A stretch of DNA of 31,544 nucleotides from Sandaracinaceae bacterium. Lineage in GTDB: Bacteria; Myxococcota_A; Polyangia; Polyangiales; JAFGIB01. Made by a program: the position numbers and the translations under genes. This document shows, in pieces, positions 8,333 to 16,413 of this stretch. The notes below the pieces were generated by a model, which was not told the origin of the DNA, searched no databases, and was given only the letters and a program-made list of their open reading frames with translations. The stretch is taken from positions 1-31,544 of the forward strand of contig JADGRG010000153.1 of the NCBI GenBank assembly GCA_017881145.1, in the 5' to 3' direction. Numbering within the stretch: position 1 is the stretch's first letter; the number at the start of each line of letters is the position of its first letter.

Positions 8333-8905
8333 ATGGCAGAGCAAGACAACGAACGGCCAGCGACTCTCGGTGACTGCAAGCGCAAAGTGCGTCGCTTGCT
8401 GGGGAAGCACCAAGAGGAAGAGGAAGTCGGCCTCAACATCTATCCGATGATGGATATGATGACGATCCTGCTCGTCTTCTTGATCCAGAGCTTTGCCTCG
8501 GGCGCGGCTGCGGTCGTGCAGTCCGAGGAGCTGCAGATTCCTGTCTCGACCTCGCAGGTGGATGCGTCCGAAGCGCTTGCGCTGGTCATTTCTTCCAGCG
8601 AGGTGTCGGTCGAGGGCAAGCACGTGCTCTCACTGCGCAACGGCAAGGTCGATTCGAGCTTGAAGCAGGGCGGAGGCAACGGCTGGCTGATCACGCCGCT
8701 CTTCAACGCGCTGAAGCAGCACCGTGATCGCCTGAAGCTGATTGCCGCCCAGAACACCAAGCGGCCGTTCCGTGGCGAGGTTCGCATCATCGCCGACAAA
8801 CGAACGCCGTTCCGTTCTCTGGGCGAGGTGATCTACACGCTCGGCCAGTCGGAATTCGGCTCGCTACGGTTCATCGTACTGAAGCAAGAAGGCCACAAGG
8901 GCTAA
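8333..8905 (+). CDS. ExbD/TolR-family subunit (second motor cluster)
   Basis: TM 'LNIYPMMDMMTILLVFLI' with Asp41. C-terminal 'IIADKRTPFRSLGEVIYT'. Confidence 0.9.
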   Translation: MAEQDNERPATLGDCKRKVRRLLGKHQEEEEVGLNIYPMMDMMTILLVFLIQSFASGAAAVVQSEELQIPVSTSQVDASEALALVISSSEVSVEGKHVLSLRNGKVDSSLKQGGGNGWLITPLFNALKQHRDRLKLIAAQNTKRPFRGEVRIIADKRTPFRSLGEVIYTLGQSEFGSLRFIVLKQEGHKG

Positions 8906-9111
8906 GGAGCCGCCCCGAAGCGGCGCTTGGTGGTCTACCCGCCGAGCAGCCTTCGGCTCTCGGCGGAGCGGCTTTTGGATTCGCGCCCTCGGTCACGCTA
9001 CGGGTGTAGCGCTCCCTCGTTCGCTGCGGGCGCGCTCGCTCTGAGCCACTTCTGGACCTCTCCTTATCGCGGTGCGGGTGCGCTCGCTCTGAGCCACTTC
9101 TGGACGCCTCT
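8906..9111. repeat. MITE-like element, copy C, plus a duplicated right end
   Basis: 8930-9064 aligns with 290-425 (GCCGAGCAGCCTTCGGCTCTCGGC; CTCGGTCACGCTAC; GTAGCGCTCCCTCG; CTGCGGGCGCGCTCGCTCTGAGCCA). A second right end spans 9073-9111. It fills the whole gap between two convergent stop codons. Confidence 0.85.
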
Positions 9112-11457
9112 TCACTGCGACGCGGCAGAGCGGCGTGCGAAGGCGATGCGCTGCAGCCAGTCGCTGGCTTCGGCGGCGTGCCCGGCGTGCCCGTCCTGCG
9201 CTAGAGCGCTGAAGGCTTCTGCGGAGCTCGCGAGCTCGCCTTGCGCAAAGTGGGAGATGCCGAGCAAACGTAGCGCCTCTGCACTTAGCTCTGGCGTCGG
9301 CAAGCCGCGCGCGCGAGCTTGGGCCAGCAGGTCGCTGGCCATCCCGAAGCGTCGTTGGAAGTAGAGCTGGCGCGCCTCCAGGTAGTGCGGCAACCCGTCG
9401 CTGCGCTCGGCTCGCAGCTCGCGCGCCAGATGAACGGCCGTGGCCCCGTCGGCTCGCTCGCCGTTGTCGCCGACCAGAAGCTCGAAGATCAGCTGGGCCT
9501 GACGAGCGCCGCCTTCCAAGCCGAGCAGCTTCACCTGCAGCAGTCGCAGCGTGTCGTCCTCGCTTGGCCGGCCCAGGAGCCGCTGATAGGCGCTCTTGGC
9601 AGTCGCCAGATCGCCGCGTCGGAACGCTTCGTCGGCGAGGCTCTGGCGAGCGAGCGCGATGATGGAGTCTGGGGCGCGCCTCGGACCCTCCAGCTCTGCC
9701 AGCTCTGCGTGGGCGCGCCCTTGCTCTCCGATGCGAGCCAGCACCGAAACCAGGATCGCGCGCGTGCTGGCATCCGAGCCGTCGACGTCCAGAATCTGGA
9801 TGCACTCGCGCTGGGCGGCCGGGTCGTCGCCAGCAGCGAGATCACTTCCCAGGGACTCGCGCAGCTTGGCAAGCGCGTGCGGACACACCTCCGAGAAGAT
9901 GCTGCTGCCAGCGAAGCGAGCCCGGGCGAGCGCCAGCGCCGAAGCGGGCAGCGGCACTCGACGAAGATAGGCATGCCACTTCTGCTCCAGCTCGTTGAGG
10001 GGCACGGAAATCGCGCGTGAGAGGTCGTCGCTTTGGTAGGCGCGCCGCACGGCGGCGCTTCCGTAGCGCTCGTCGACGAAGCGCAAGAGTGAGCCGCTGA
10101 GCGTGTAGGCCATGCCTCGCTCCTGGCCGAGAAAGCCCGCGCCCAGGAGCGCAGACAGTCGCGGTGCCATGCCGAGATCGAGCATGGCGCGCGCCCACTG
10201 ATGAGGCGTGAGCCCGCCCTGCGGCTGCCACGCGGCTGCGACCGCCACGCCCTCGATCAGCGCAGGGTCCGGCCAGAGGCCGCCGTTAGCTGCAGCCACG
10301 CGCAGCGGTCCGCGTCCAGCCCCGCGCGCCACGACGTGCACCAGCTCGTGGCCGAGCACGGGGTTGGGCCAGCCTGGCTCGCTCACATAGGCTTCCGAGC
10401 GCCAGGGTTTGGCGATGTTGGTCCCGGCCGCACCCATCAGCGCGGCTTTCTCGGCGTGTGAACGAAAGAAGAAGACCGAGATGCGGCCCGGATGCGTGAG
10501 GCCCAGCCAGTGCTCGGCTTGCCAGGTGCGAAAGTCACATTCCTCGCCCAGCCTCCGCGCCGTGCGCCGCTGCAGCTCCCGTGGAAAATACAGGTGACAG
10601 CGCGCGCTCAGCAGCTCTCCGCCGAGGCCCTCGCGGATCATCGCAACGCTGCTGGCGTGGCCGAGCTGTGGCGCGAAGATCTCGGCCGTGAATGCGCCAG
10701 CCAGGCAGAGCAGCGCGACCACGAACGCGGAGCGTCGCCCCTGCCGCGGACGAAACGACAAGCGCAGCCTGCTGGGATCGCCCGTGCTGACCACCAGCAA
10801 CGCCAGGCCTGCGATGAAGGCGCTGGTCGCGACGCGCAGCGACACAAACGCCGTGGTGATCGCGACCCCTTCGTCGTAGAGCGTGCCGGCGAAGTAGCCG
10901 AAGTAGTGACCGTAGGCGAAGATGGCTGGCGTCGCGTAGAAGCGAGACGCGCCCAGGAGCATCTCGCCGACGGGCAGGCCAAACGCGAGCCAACCCGCAA
11001 GGCGCGGCCTGGCTACCAGCATCCCGCATATGACGCCGGTCATGCTGCCGAGCAATACGCCGAACCCGGGGCCGAGGAGCATGAAGAGCAGACCGGTGAG
11101 CGGCGTGCAGTTGCGCACGCGCAGAGCGTCGAGCCAGAGCAAGACACAGGGCAGCACGAAGAGCGAGAGCGCGTGGCCCAGCGCTGCGTCGAGCACTTGG
11201 GTCACGCTGGAAGAGTCGCCCCGTTGGCGCGCGTGGCTGGTCAGTTGTGCTGCGACCAGTGCAGCCATTGGCGGCAAGAGCATTCCGAGGCAGAGGGCGC
11301 TCTCGGGGCCCTGCACGCCCAAGAGAGGCACCGCACACAAGCCAAGTGTCGCCGTCCCGGCTATCGCGAGCGAGACGCGTGCGCTCGGCACCGCAAACGA
11401 GCTGGCAAGCCAGCGGCGCAACGCGCCAGCGAACGAAGCACTCGGCGAAACCAGCAT
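9112..11457 (-). CDS. Polytopic membrane protein with HExxH gluzincin-like (peptidase MA-type) domain and C-terminal TPR-like helices
   Basis: About seven hydrophobic segments in the first ~270 aa. HELVH at 10336-10350, followed 28 residues later by the E of 'LIEGVAVA'. Ala/Leu-rich helical C-terminus. ATG overlaps the lon stop (TGATG). Confidence 0.75.
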   Translation of the reverse strand: MLVSPSASFAGALRRWLASSFAVPSARVSLAIAGTATLGLCAVPLLGVQGPESALCLGMLLPPMAALVAAQLTSHARQRGDSSSVTQVLDAALGHALSLFVLPCVLLWLDALRVRNCTPLTGLLFMLLGPGFGVLLGSMTGVICGMLVARPRLAGWLAFGLPVGEMLLGASRFYATPAIFAYGHYFGYFAGTLYDEGVAITTAFVSLRVATSAFIAGLALLVVSTGDPSRLRLSFRPRQGRRSAFVVALLCLAGAFTAEIFAPQLGHASSVAMIREGLGGELLSARCHLYFPRELQRRTARRLGEECDFRTWQAEHWLGLTHPGRISVFFFRSHAEKAALMGAAGTNIAKPWRSEAYVSEPGWPNPVLGHELVHVVARGAGRGPLRVAAANGGLWPDPALIEGVAVAAAWQPQGGLTPHQWARAMLDLGMAPRLSALLGAGFLGQERGMAYTLSGSLLRFVDERYGSAAVRRAYQSDDLSRAISVPLNELEQKWHAYLRRVPLPASALALARARFAGSSIFSEVCPHALAKLRESLGSDLAAGDDPAAQRECIQILDVDGSDASTRAILVSVLARIGEQGRAHAELAELEGPRRAPDSIIALARQSLADEAFRRGDLATAKSAYQRLLGRPSEDDTLRLLQVKLLGLEGGARQAQLIFELLVGDNGERADGATAVHLARELRAERSDGLPHYLEARQLYFQRRFGMASDLLAQARARGLPTPELSAEALRLLGISHFAQGELASSAEAFSALAQDGHAGHAAEASDWLQRIAFARRSAASQ

Positions 11458-13838
11458 CAGGCGTGCGCGGAAGAGAGTGCGGCCGGCGGCGGCTTGATTT
11501 CGAGCGGCTCGGTGAGCGCGATTTTCAAGACCTCGTCGACGCGTGAGATCAGGTGCACCGTGAGATCCTTGCGGATGCGTTCGGGCACCTCGTCGAGGTC
11601 AGGCGCGTTCTGCTTGGGGATCACCAGCACCTTGATACCCGCGCGGTGAGCCGCCAGGCACTTCTGCTTGAGTCCGTCGACACGGAGCACTTTGCCGCGC
11701 AGCGTAATCTCACCGGTGAGCGCCACATCGGGTCGTACCGGGATGGACCGGAGCATGGACACCAGCGAGAGGAAGATGGAGAGCCCGAGCGCCGGACCGT
11801 CCTTGGACATGCCCCCCTTGGGAAGATGGATGTGCAGGTCGATGCGATCGAGGAAGTCATCCTTGAGGCCGTAGGAGGACGCGCGGGCTCTCAGATACGA
11901 AAACGCCGCCTGGGCCGATTCCTTGAGCACTTCGCCCATCTTGCCGGTCAGATGCACCTCGCCCTTGCCGGGCATCTGCGTGCACTCGACCAGCATGATC
12001 TCGCCGCCGCCGGGCGTCCAACACAGCGTTGTAGCGATGCCGATCGCTGCCACCTTCTCTGCCACGTCGAGCTCGATCTTGGGTGGGCCGAGTAGTGTCT
12101 CGACGAGCTTGGGATCGGCATCGATGTGCGTGCTGTCGCCGCCTGCCACCCGCACCGCGACGGCGCGACAGAGCGCGGCCACCTGCTGCGCCAGCTTCCG
12201 AACGCCGGCTTCCGAGGTGTATTCGTTGACCAGCTTTTCGATCGCGGCGTCGCTGATCTCGAGGTGCTCGGGCGTCAGGCCGTGATCGGCGAGCTGTCGG
12301 GGAACCAGGAAGTCGCGTGCAATCGCCAGCTTGTCGTCGCGCGTGTAGCCGGGAATCTCGATGATCTCCATGCGATCGAGGAGCGGGCGCGGGATGGTGT
12401 CACGGCGATTGGCGGTGGCGATGAAGAGCACCTGCGAGAGATCCACCGGCACGTTCAGGTAGTGGTCCACGAACGCGTGGTTCTGTTCGGGGTCGAGCGC
12501 CTCGAGCAGCGCACTGGCCGGATCACCGCTGTAATCGGCGCTCATCTTGTCGACTTCGTCGAGCACGAAGACCGGGTTGCCGGCACCGGCTTTCTTGAGG
12601 CCGGCGACGATGCGACCCGGCAAGGCGCCCACGTAGGTGCGTCGGTGGCCGCGGATCTCGGCCTCGTCCTGCACACCGCCAAGCGCAATGCGCTGAAAAG
12701 CTCTGCCGGTGGCGCGGGCGATGGAGTGGCCGAGCGAAGTCTTGCCGACGCCCGGCGGACCGATGAAGCAGAGGATCGGGCTGCGCTTGTTGGTGCGGAG
12801 CTTACGAACCGCGATGTATTCGACGATGCGCTTCTTGGGCTCTTCCAGGCCGTGGTGATCTTCGTCGAGCACGCGCCGCACTTCGCTCACGTCGAGGCGG
12901 TCGGGCGTCTGCCGACTCCACGGCAGATCGGAGAGCCACTCCACGTAGTTGAACGCCACCTGATATTCGGCGCTGGCTGAGTTCATCGAGCTCATTCGCG
13001 AAAGCTCGCGCCGTCCGGCTCGGTCCGCCTCGGGGGGCGGGTTGGCTTTGCTCAGCCGCTCGCGCAGGTTGTCGAGCTCGTCGTCCTCGGTGCCGGCGTC
13101 GCCGAGCTCGCGGCGGATCGCGCGCAGCTGTTGTCGCAAGAGCAGCTCGCGCTGCGACTTGGACATCTCCTGCTCGACCATCGAGGCGACTTCTTGTTTG
13201 ACGCGGTGAATTTCGTGCTGGCGTTTGATCAGATCGAGCACCGCCTTGAGCCGCGCGCGCACATCCAGCGTTTCGATGATGCGCTGCTTCTTGTCGGTGG
13301 GGATGGGTAAGTGGGAAGCGACCAGATCGGCGAGCGCACCGGGGTCCTGCACGTTGTCGAGGACCACGCCCATCTCGCGCGGTGGCGAGGGCAGAGTGCG
13401 TGCCAAGTCGCGCGCGATCTCGCGCAGGTGCACGGTGAGAGCGTCGATCTCTTCGTCGCGCTGCAGGTGTTCAGCGAGGCGTTCCACGCGTGCACGCAGC
13501 CAGGGCTCGCGGCCCACCGGACGCACCACCCGCATGCGTGCGATACCCTGCAACACAACGCTGTAGTGGCCCGAGCTCAACCGAATCACTTTGAGCACGC
13601 GCGCCAGCGTCCCGAAGTTGTAGAGCCGCTCGAAGCCCGGGTCTTCCTCTTCGGCGTCGCGCTGCGCGAGCACGCCGATGGTCGGTCGCTCTTGGCCGAA
13701 CGCTTCCTCGATCAGCCGCACCGAGCGCGCACGACCGACGTTGACCGGCACCACCGATGCGGGGAAGAGCACCGAGTTACGAAGCGCGAGGATAGGCAAC
13801 GCATCGAGCGCGCTCTCCGGAATGATCGACTCAGCCAT
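11457..13838 (-). CDS. lon: Lon-family AAA+ protein (LonA type) with catalytic Ser replaced by Ala
   Basis: LON N-domain 'LPILALRNSVLFP', Walker A GPPGVGKTS, pore loop RRTYVGALPG, Walker B VLDEVDK, Arg finger PLLDRME. Protease domain reads KDGPALG where KDGPSAG is canonical. Confidence 0.95.
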   Translation of the reverse strand: MAESIIPESALDALPILALRNSVLFPASVVPVNVGRARSVRLIEEAFGQERPTIGVLAQRDAEEEDPGFERLYNFGTLARVLKVIRLSSGHYSVVLQGIARMRVVRPVGREPWLRARVERLAEHLQRDEEIDALTVHLREIARDLARTLPSPPREMGVVLDNVQDPGALADLVASHLPIPTDKKQRIIETLDVRARLKAVLDLIKRQHEIHRVKQEVASMVEQEMSKSQRELLLRQQLRAIRRELGDAGTEDDELDNLRERLSKANPPPEADRAGRRELSRMSSMNSASAEYQVAFNYVEWLSDLPWSRQTPDRLDVSEVRRVLDEDHHGLEEPKKRIVEYIAVRKLRTNKRSPILCFIGPPGVGKTSLGHSIARATGRAFQRIALGGVQDEAEIRGHRRTYVGALPGRIVAGLKKAGAGNPVFVLDEVDKMSADYSGDPASALLEALDPEQNHAFVDHYLNVPVDLSQVLFIATANRRDTIPRPLLDRMEIIEIPGYTRDDKLAIARDFLVPRQLADHGLTPEHLEISDAAIEKLVNEYTSEAGVRKLAQQVAALCRAVAVRVAGGDSTHIDADPKLVETLLGPPKIELDVAEKVAAIGIATTLCWTPGGGEIMLVECTQMPGKGEVHLTGKMGEVLKESAQAAFSYLRARASSYGLKDDFLDRIDLHIHLPKGGMSKDGPALGLSIFLSLVSMLRSIPVRPDVALTGEITLRGKVLRVDGLKQKCLAAHRAGIKVLVIPKQNAPDLDEVPERIRKDLTVHLISRVDEVLKIALTEPLEIKPPPAALSSAHA

Positions 13839-14017
13839 GGAGCCGCACTATTGCCGATCTTCCGAAGCACGCCAACACACGCACCATTCCCAGAGTCAGG
13901 ACACAGGCCGCACGGTTTTTTTTGGTGGCCATTTCGTGCACGTCTGTAGTAGAAGTTTTGACTAGCGGGGGACGCTGTAGGATATTGGATCACAGGTCAG
14001 GAGTGACTGGAACGCAC

Positions 14018-14170
14018 ATGCACAAGAGATGGCTCAGCACTTTGGTTTTCGCAGCGCTCTGTGCTTCTGGCTGCACCGGCATACCGGGCGCCATCTGGGG
14101 AAACCTTGCAGTGTTCGGCATGAGCGTCGGCATCTTCATGGGCACGCTTTCTTTAGGTCGCGGCCGCTAG
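14018..14170 (+). CDS. Small (50 aa) predicted lipoprotein or membrane protein
   Basis: MHKRWLSTLVFAALCASGC: basic N-terminus, hydrophobic core and lipobox-like ASGC, then a second hydrophobic helix. AGGAG at 13999-14003. Confidence 0.55.
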   Translation: MHKRWLSTLVFAALCASGCTGIPGAIWGNLAVFGMSVGIFMGTLSLGRGR

Positions 14171-14258
14171 GCCAGCAGCTCTTAGGGATGCGGTCGCTAG
14201 TAACGCAGCCACCAAGCCAGGGTCGCTAGCGGTTTCCACTTGGTTCTTGATAGCCTAG
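14162..14258. repeat. Phased GG(T/C)CGCTAG direct repeats
   Basis: GGCCGCTAG 14162-14170, GGTCGCTAG 14192-14200, GGTCGCTAG 14221-14229, partial GCCTAG 14253-14258. Spacings of the CTAG ends are 30, 29 and 29 bp. Confidence 0.5.
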
Positions 14259-14271
14259 AGGGCTGGGTCCC

Positions 14272-15378
14272 ATGTCGCCCGCGCGCCTCACTCCGGAAAC
14301 CGACAAGTCTTTCCGACGCCTTTCGGACTTTCGGCTCGCTGACCTCGAAGCGATCCGTCTGCTCTTGCGCGGCGGCTCGGTCATCGATTGGCACCGCATG
14401 AACTTCGCCTCCGAAGAGGAGGCCGTCGAGTTCATCGGTTCGCAGGATTTCGATCTGGACGATCAGCGCGACCTCGATCGCATCAGCGCGATTCGCGACG
14501 AAGCGATCGCGTTTCTGCGCCGGCACTTCGACTTCCCGGTGCCGCGTCCGGTCGCCGCGCTCGACCTGCCCGGGTTGCTCATGCTGGCCTCAGGCTCAGG
14601 TCACAGGCAGATGTGCGCCTGCGCGATTCTCAAGGCGATGCACATCGTGCACCACCTGGAAGGCCGAGAGCTGCTCTTCATGCTGCCCTTTTCCGACCAG
14701 GAGCTCTTCCACTTGGTCGAGGAGAAAGTCTATCGCGTGATGGGTGGCATGCTGGCCCACGGCTTTCCGATCCTGGAGTTCACTGGCGGGCGCAAGAACA
14801 AAGACTCGCTCTACCAGAAGCTGCTCTCCAAGTCGGATACCATCGCCGCCAACATCTACGACAAGCTGCGCTTCCGCATTGTGACGCACGCACCGGAAGA
14901 CGTCTTTCCGACGCTCAACTACATGCTGCGGCACATCTTCCCGTTCAACTACGTGATCCCGGGGCAGAGCACCAACACGCTCTTCCAGTTCAACTCCTAT
15001 TGCGAGCACGACCCGCACCTCTCCCTGCTGCTGCCGGAGATGCAGACCAAGCCCGATCAGGAAGACGCGCTCACGCGCATGGATAATCGCTTCAGCGCGC
15101 AGAGCTACTCCATCGTGCACTTCGTGGTCGATATGCCGTTGCGTGTGCCGCAAGAGATGCTCGACCGCGCGCCGCCGCAAGCGCGAACGCTGGGACCGGT
15201 CGTCTTCGTGCTCACCGAGTTCCAGATCCTCGACCGCGCTACCGAACAGCGCAATGAGCTCGGCGACGCGAGCCACGCCGCGTACAAAGAGCGTCAGAAG
15301 CGCGCCGTCATGCATCGGCTCAAGGTCGGCGAGGGTTTCGAGCCCGGCAACACCGCACCACCGCCGCGCAAGGGTTAA
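14272..15378 (+). CDS. TIGR04552-like protein with RelA/SpoT synthetase motifs (small alarmone synthetase-like)
   Basis: Motifs GRKNKDSLYQK, IYDKLRFRIV, YSIVH, EFQI and ELGDASHAAYKE line up in order with the RelA synthetase motifs. The family name is recalled, not searched. Confidence 0.7.
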   Translation: MSPARLTPETDKSFRRLSDFRLADLEAIRLLLRGGSVIDWHRMNFASEEEAVEFIGSQDFDLDDQRDLDRISAIRDEAIAFLRRHFDFPVPRPVAALDLPGLLMLASGSGHRQMCACAILKAMHIVHHLEGRELLFMLPFSDQELFHLVEEKVYRVMGGMLAHGFPILEFTGGRKNKDSLYQKLLSKSDTIAANIYDKLRFRIVTHAPEDVFPTLNYMLRHIFPFNYVIPGQSTNTLFQFNSYCEHDPHLSLLLPEMQTKPDQEDALTRMDNRFSAQSYSIVHFVVDMPLRVPQEMLDRAPPQARTLGPVVFVLTEFQILDRATEQRNELGDASHAAYKERQKRAVMHRLKVGEGFEPGNTAPPPRKG

Positions 15379-15727
15379 CTACATACCCGCCGAGCATCCT
15401 GCTGCTGCTTTGCCAGATCGCGGCGGGCTTGCCGGCGTCGATTCGCGTCCGTGGTTGACAGCGCTGGCGTCGGTGCGCAGGTGCACGCATGCGTGCGCGC
15501 GTGTGCCGTGAGGTGCCTGGAGCAGATGGCGACGCTCTGTCGCCGTGGGTGGGAGATCGTGCTGCGCTGCTGCGTGCGTGCTGCGCCGCTGCGTGCGCGC
15601 TGCGCTGCTGCAGCCCGGCTGCAGCGTGCGCGCTGCACCGCCGCCGCAGCGCTGCAGAAAGCGCTCCACAAGCAGCCATTTTTCGGTGAATTCCCGGGTC
15701 AAGCCTGGGTAGCCGCGCGCCTTCGGG

Positions 15728-15744
15728 TTGGCACGCGACTTGTA
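15728..15744 (+). promoter_or_regulatory. Candidate sigma54 -24/-12 promoter
   Basis: TTGGCACGCGACTTGTA matches YTGGCACG-N4-TTGCW except C to T at the -12 position. About 80 bp upstream of the ATG at 15826. Confidence 0.4.
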
Positions 15745-15825
15745 TTAGCCCTGGTCATAGATGCTGAGGCGACACCCCCCCGGTGGGCTGGTCCACTTCA
15801 ACATCACAGACCGTGGAGGCACGTC

Positions 15826-16317
15826 ATGGACACCGACCTCACCCTCTTCATCGTCGTCGCAGCCGTCGCCCTCGGCACCGCACTGTCTGCGATGATGACT
15901 CAATGGCTCAAGGCCGATGATGCGGCCGCCGACGCTGAGCTCGGTGTGCGCACGAGCCTCAGAGAGTTCCACGGCGAGGCTGGTTCTGTGGGGATGGGCG
16001 CCAGCACACAGGCCGCTGCCGTCGTGGCCGCGTCCACCAGCATGGCCGACGACGAGACCACGCTGGCTCGGCTCTTGGCTGGTTGGGGCGGCTCTGGCAT
16101 GGTGCTCGGCATCGCCTTCGGCGCCACGATGTGGGGCGCGACCGGTGCACTCTTGGGTGGCATCCTGGCCTCGACGCTCTCGATTGGCGCGGTCGTCGTA
16201 GCCGTGTCGGTGCTCGACCGAGTGCATGCGCGACACGCCGAGGAGACGCGCCTGGCGGCCGAGGCCCGCGAGCAAGCAGCTGCCGCAAGCCCAGACGGTG
16301 CAGTGCGCGCGAGCTAA
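15826..16317 (+). CDS. Hypothetical membrane protein (163 aa)
   Basis: GGAGG at 15815-15819 precedes ATG 15826. N-terminal TM plus two Gly-rich TM segments. The longer start at 15451 runs through low-complexity DNA and is unlikely. Confidence 0.7.
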   Translation: MDTDLTLFIVVAAVALGTALSAMMTQWLKADDAAADAELGVRTSLREFHGEAGSVGMGASTQAAAVVAASTSMADDETTLARLLAGWGGSGMVLGIAFGATMWGATGALLGGILASTLSIGAVVVAVSVLDRVHARHAEETRLAAEAREQAAAASPDGAVRAS

Positions 16318-16413
16318 TCACTACGTCGCGCCGACGATTCCCACTACCGACGCTCCCCGGCCTCCACCGCGGGAGCGTTGGCAATTGTGGCAGGTGGGCG
16401 CGACGCCAGCTCT

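Noticed and set aside
10492-11649. Long antisense and alternate-frame ORFs over real genes (also 3912-5006, 18416-19747, 22872-23813, 29632-30945)
   Set aside because: Expected shadows of high-GC coding sequence. The opposite frame carries clear family motifs.
13906-13930. GGCCGCACGG-T8-GGTGGCC upstream of lon as a terminator or slippage tract
   Set aside because: The T run is in the loop rather than after a stem, and it is non-coding. There is no evidence of phase variation.
14162-14258. CRISPR mini-array interpretation of the phased 9-mers
   Set aside because: Repeats of 9 bp and a period of ~29 bp are too short, and there are no cas genes. Kept only as a phased motif.
15451-15825. N-terminal extension of the 288-aa ORF
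   Set aside because: Translates low-complexity GCTGC DNA. A good SD and ATG exist at 15826.
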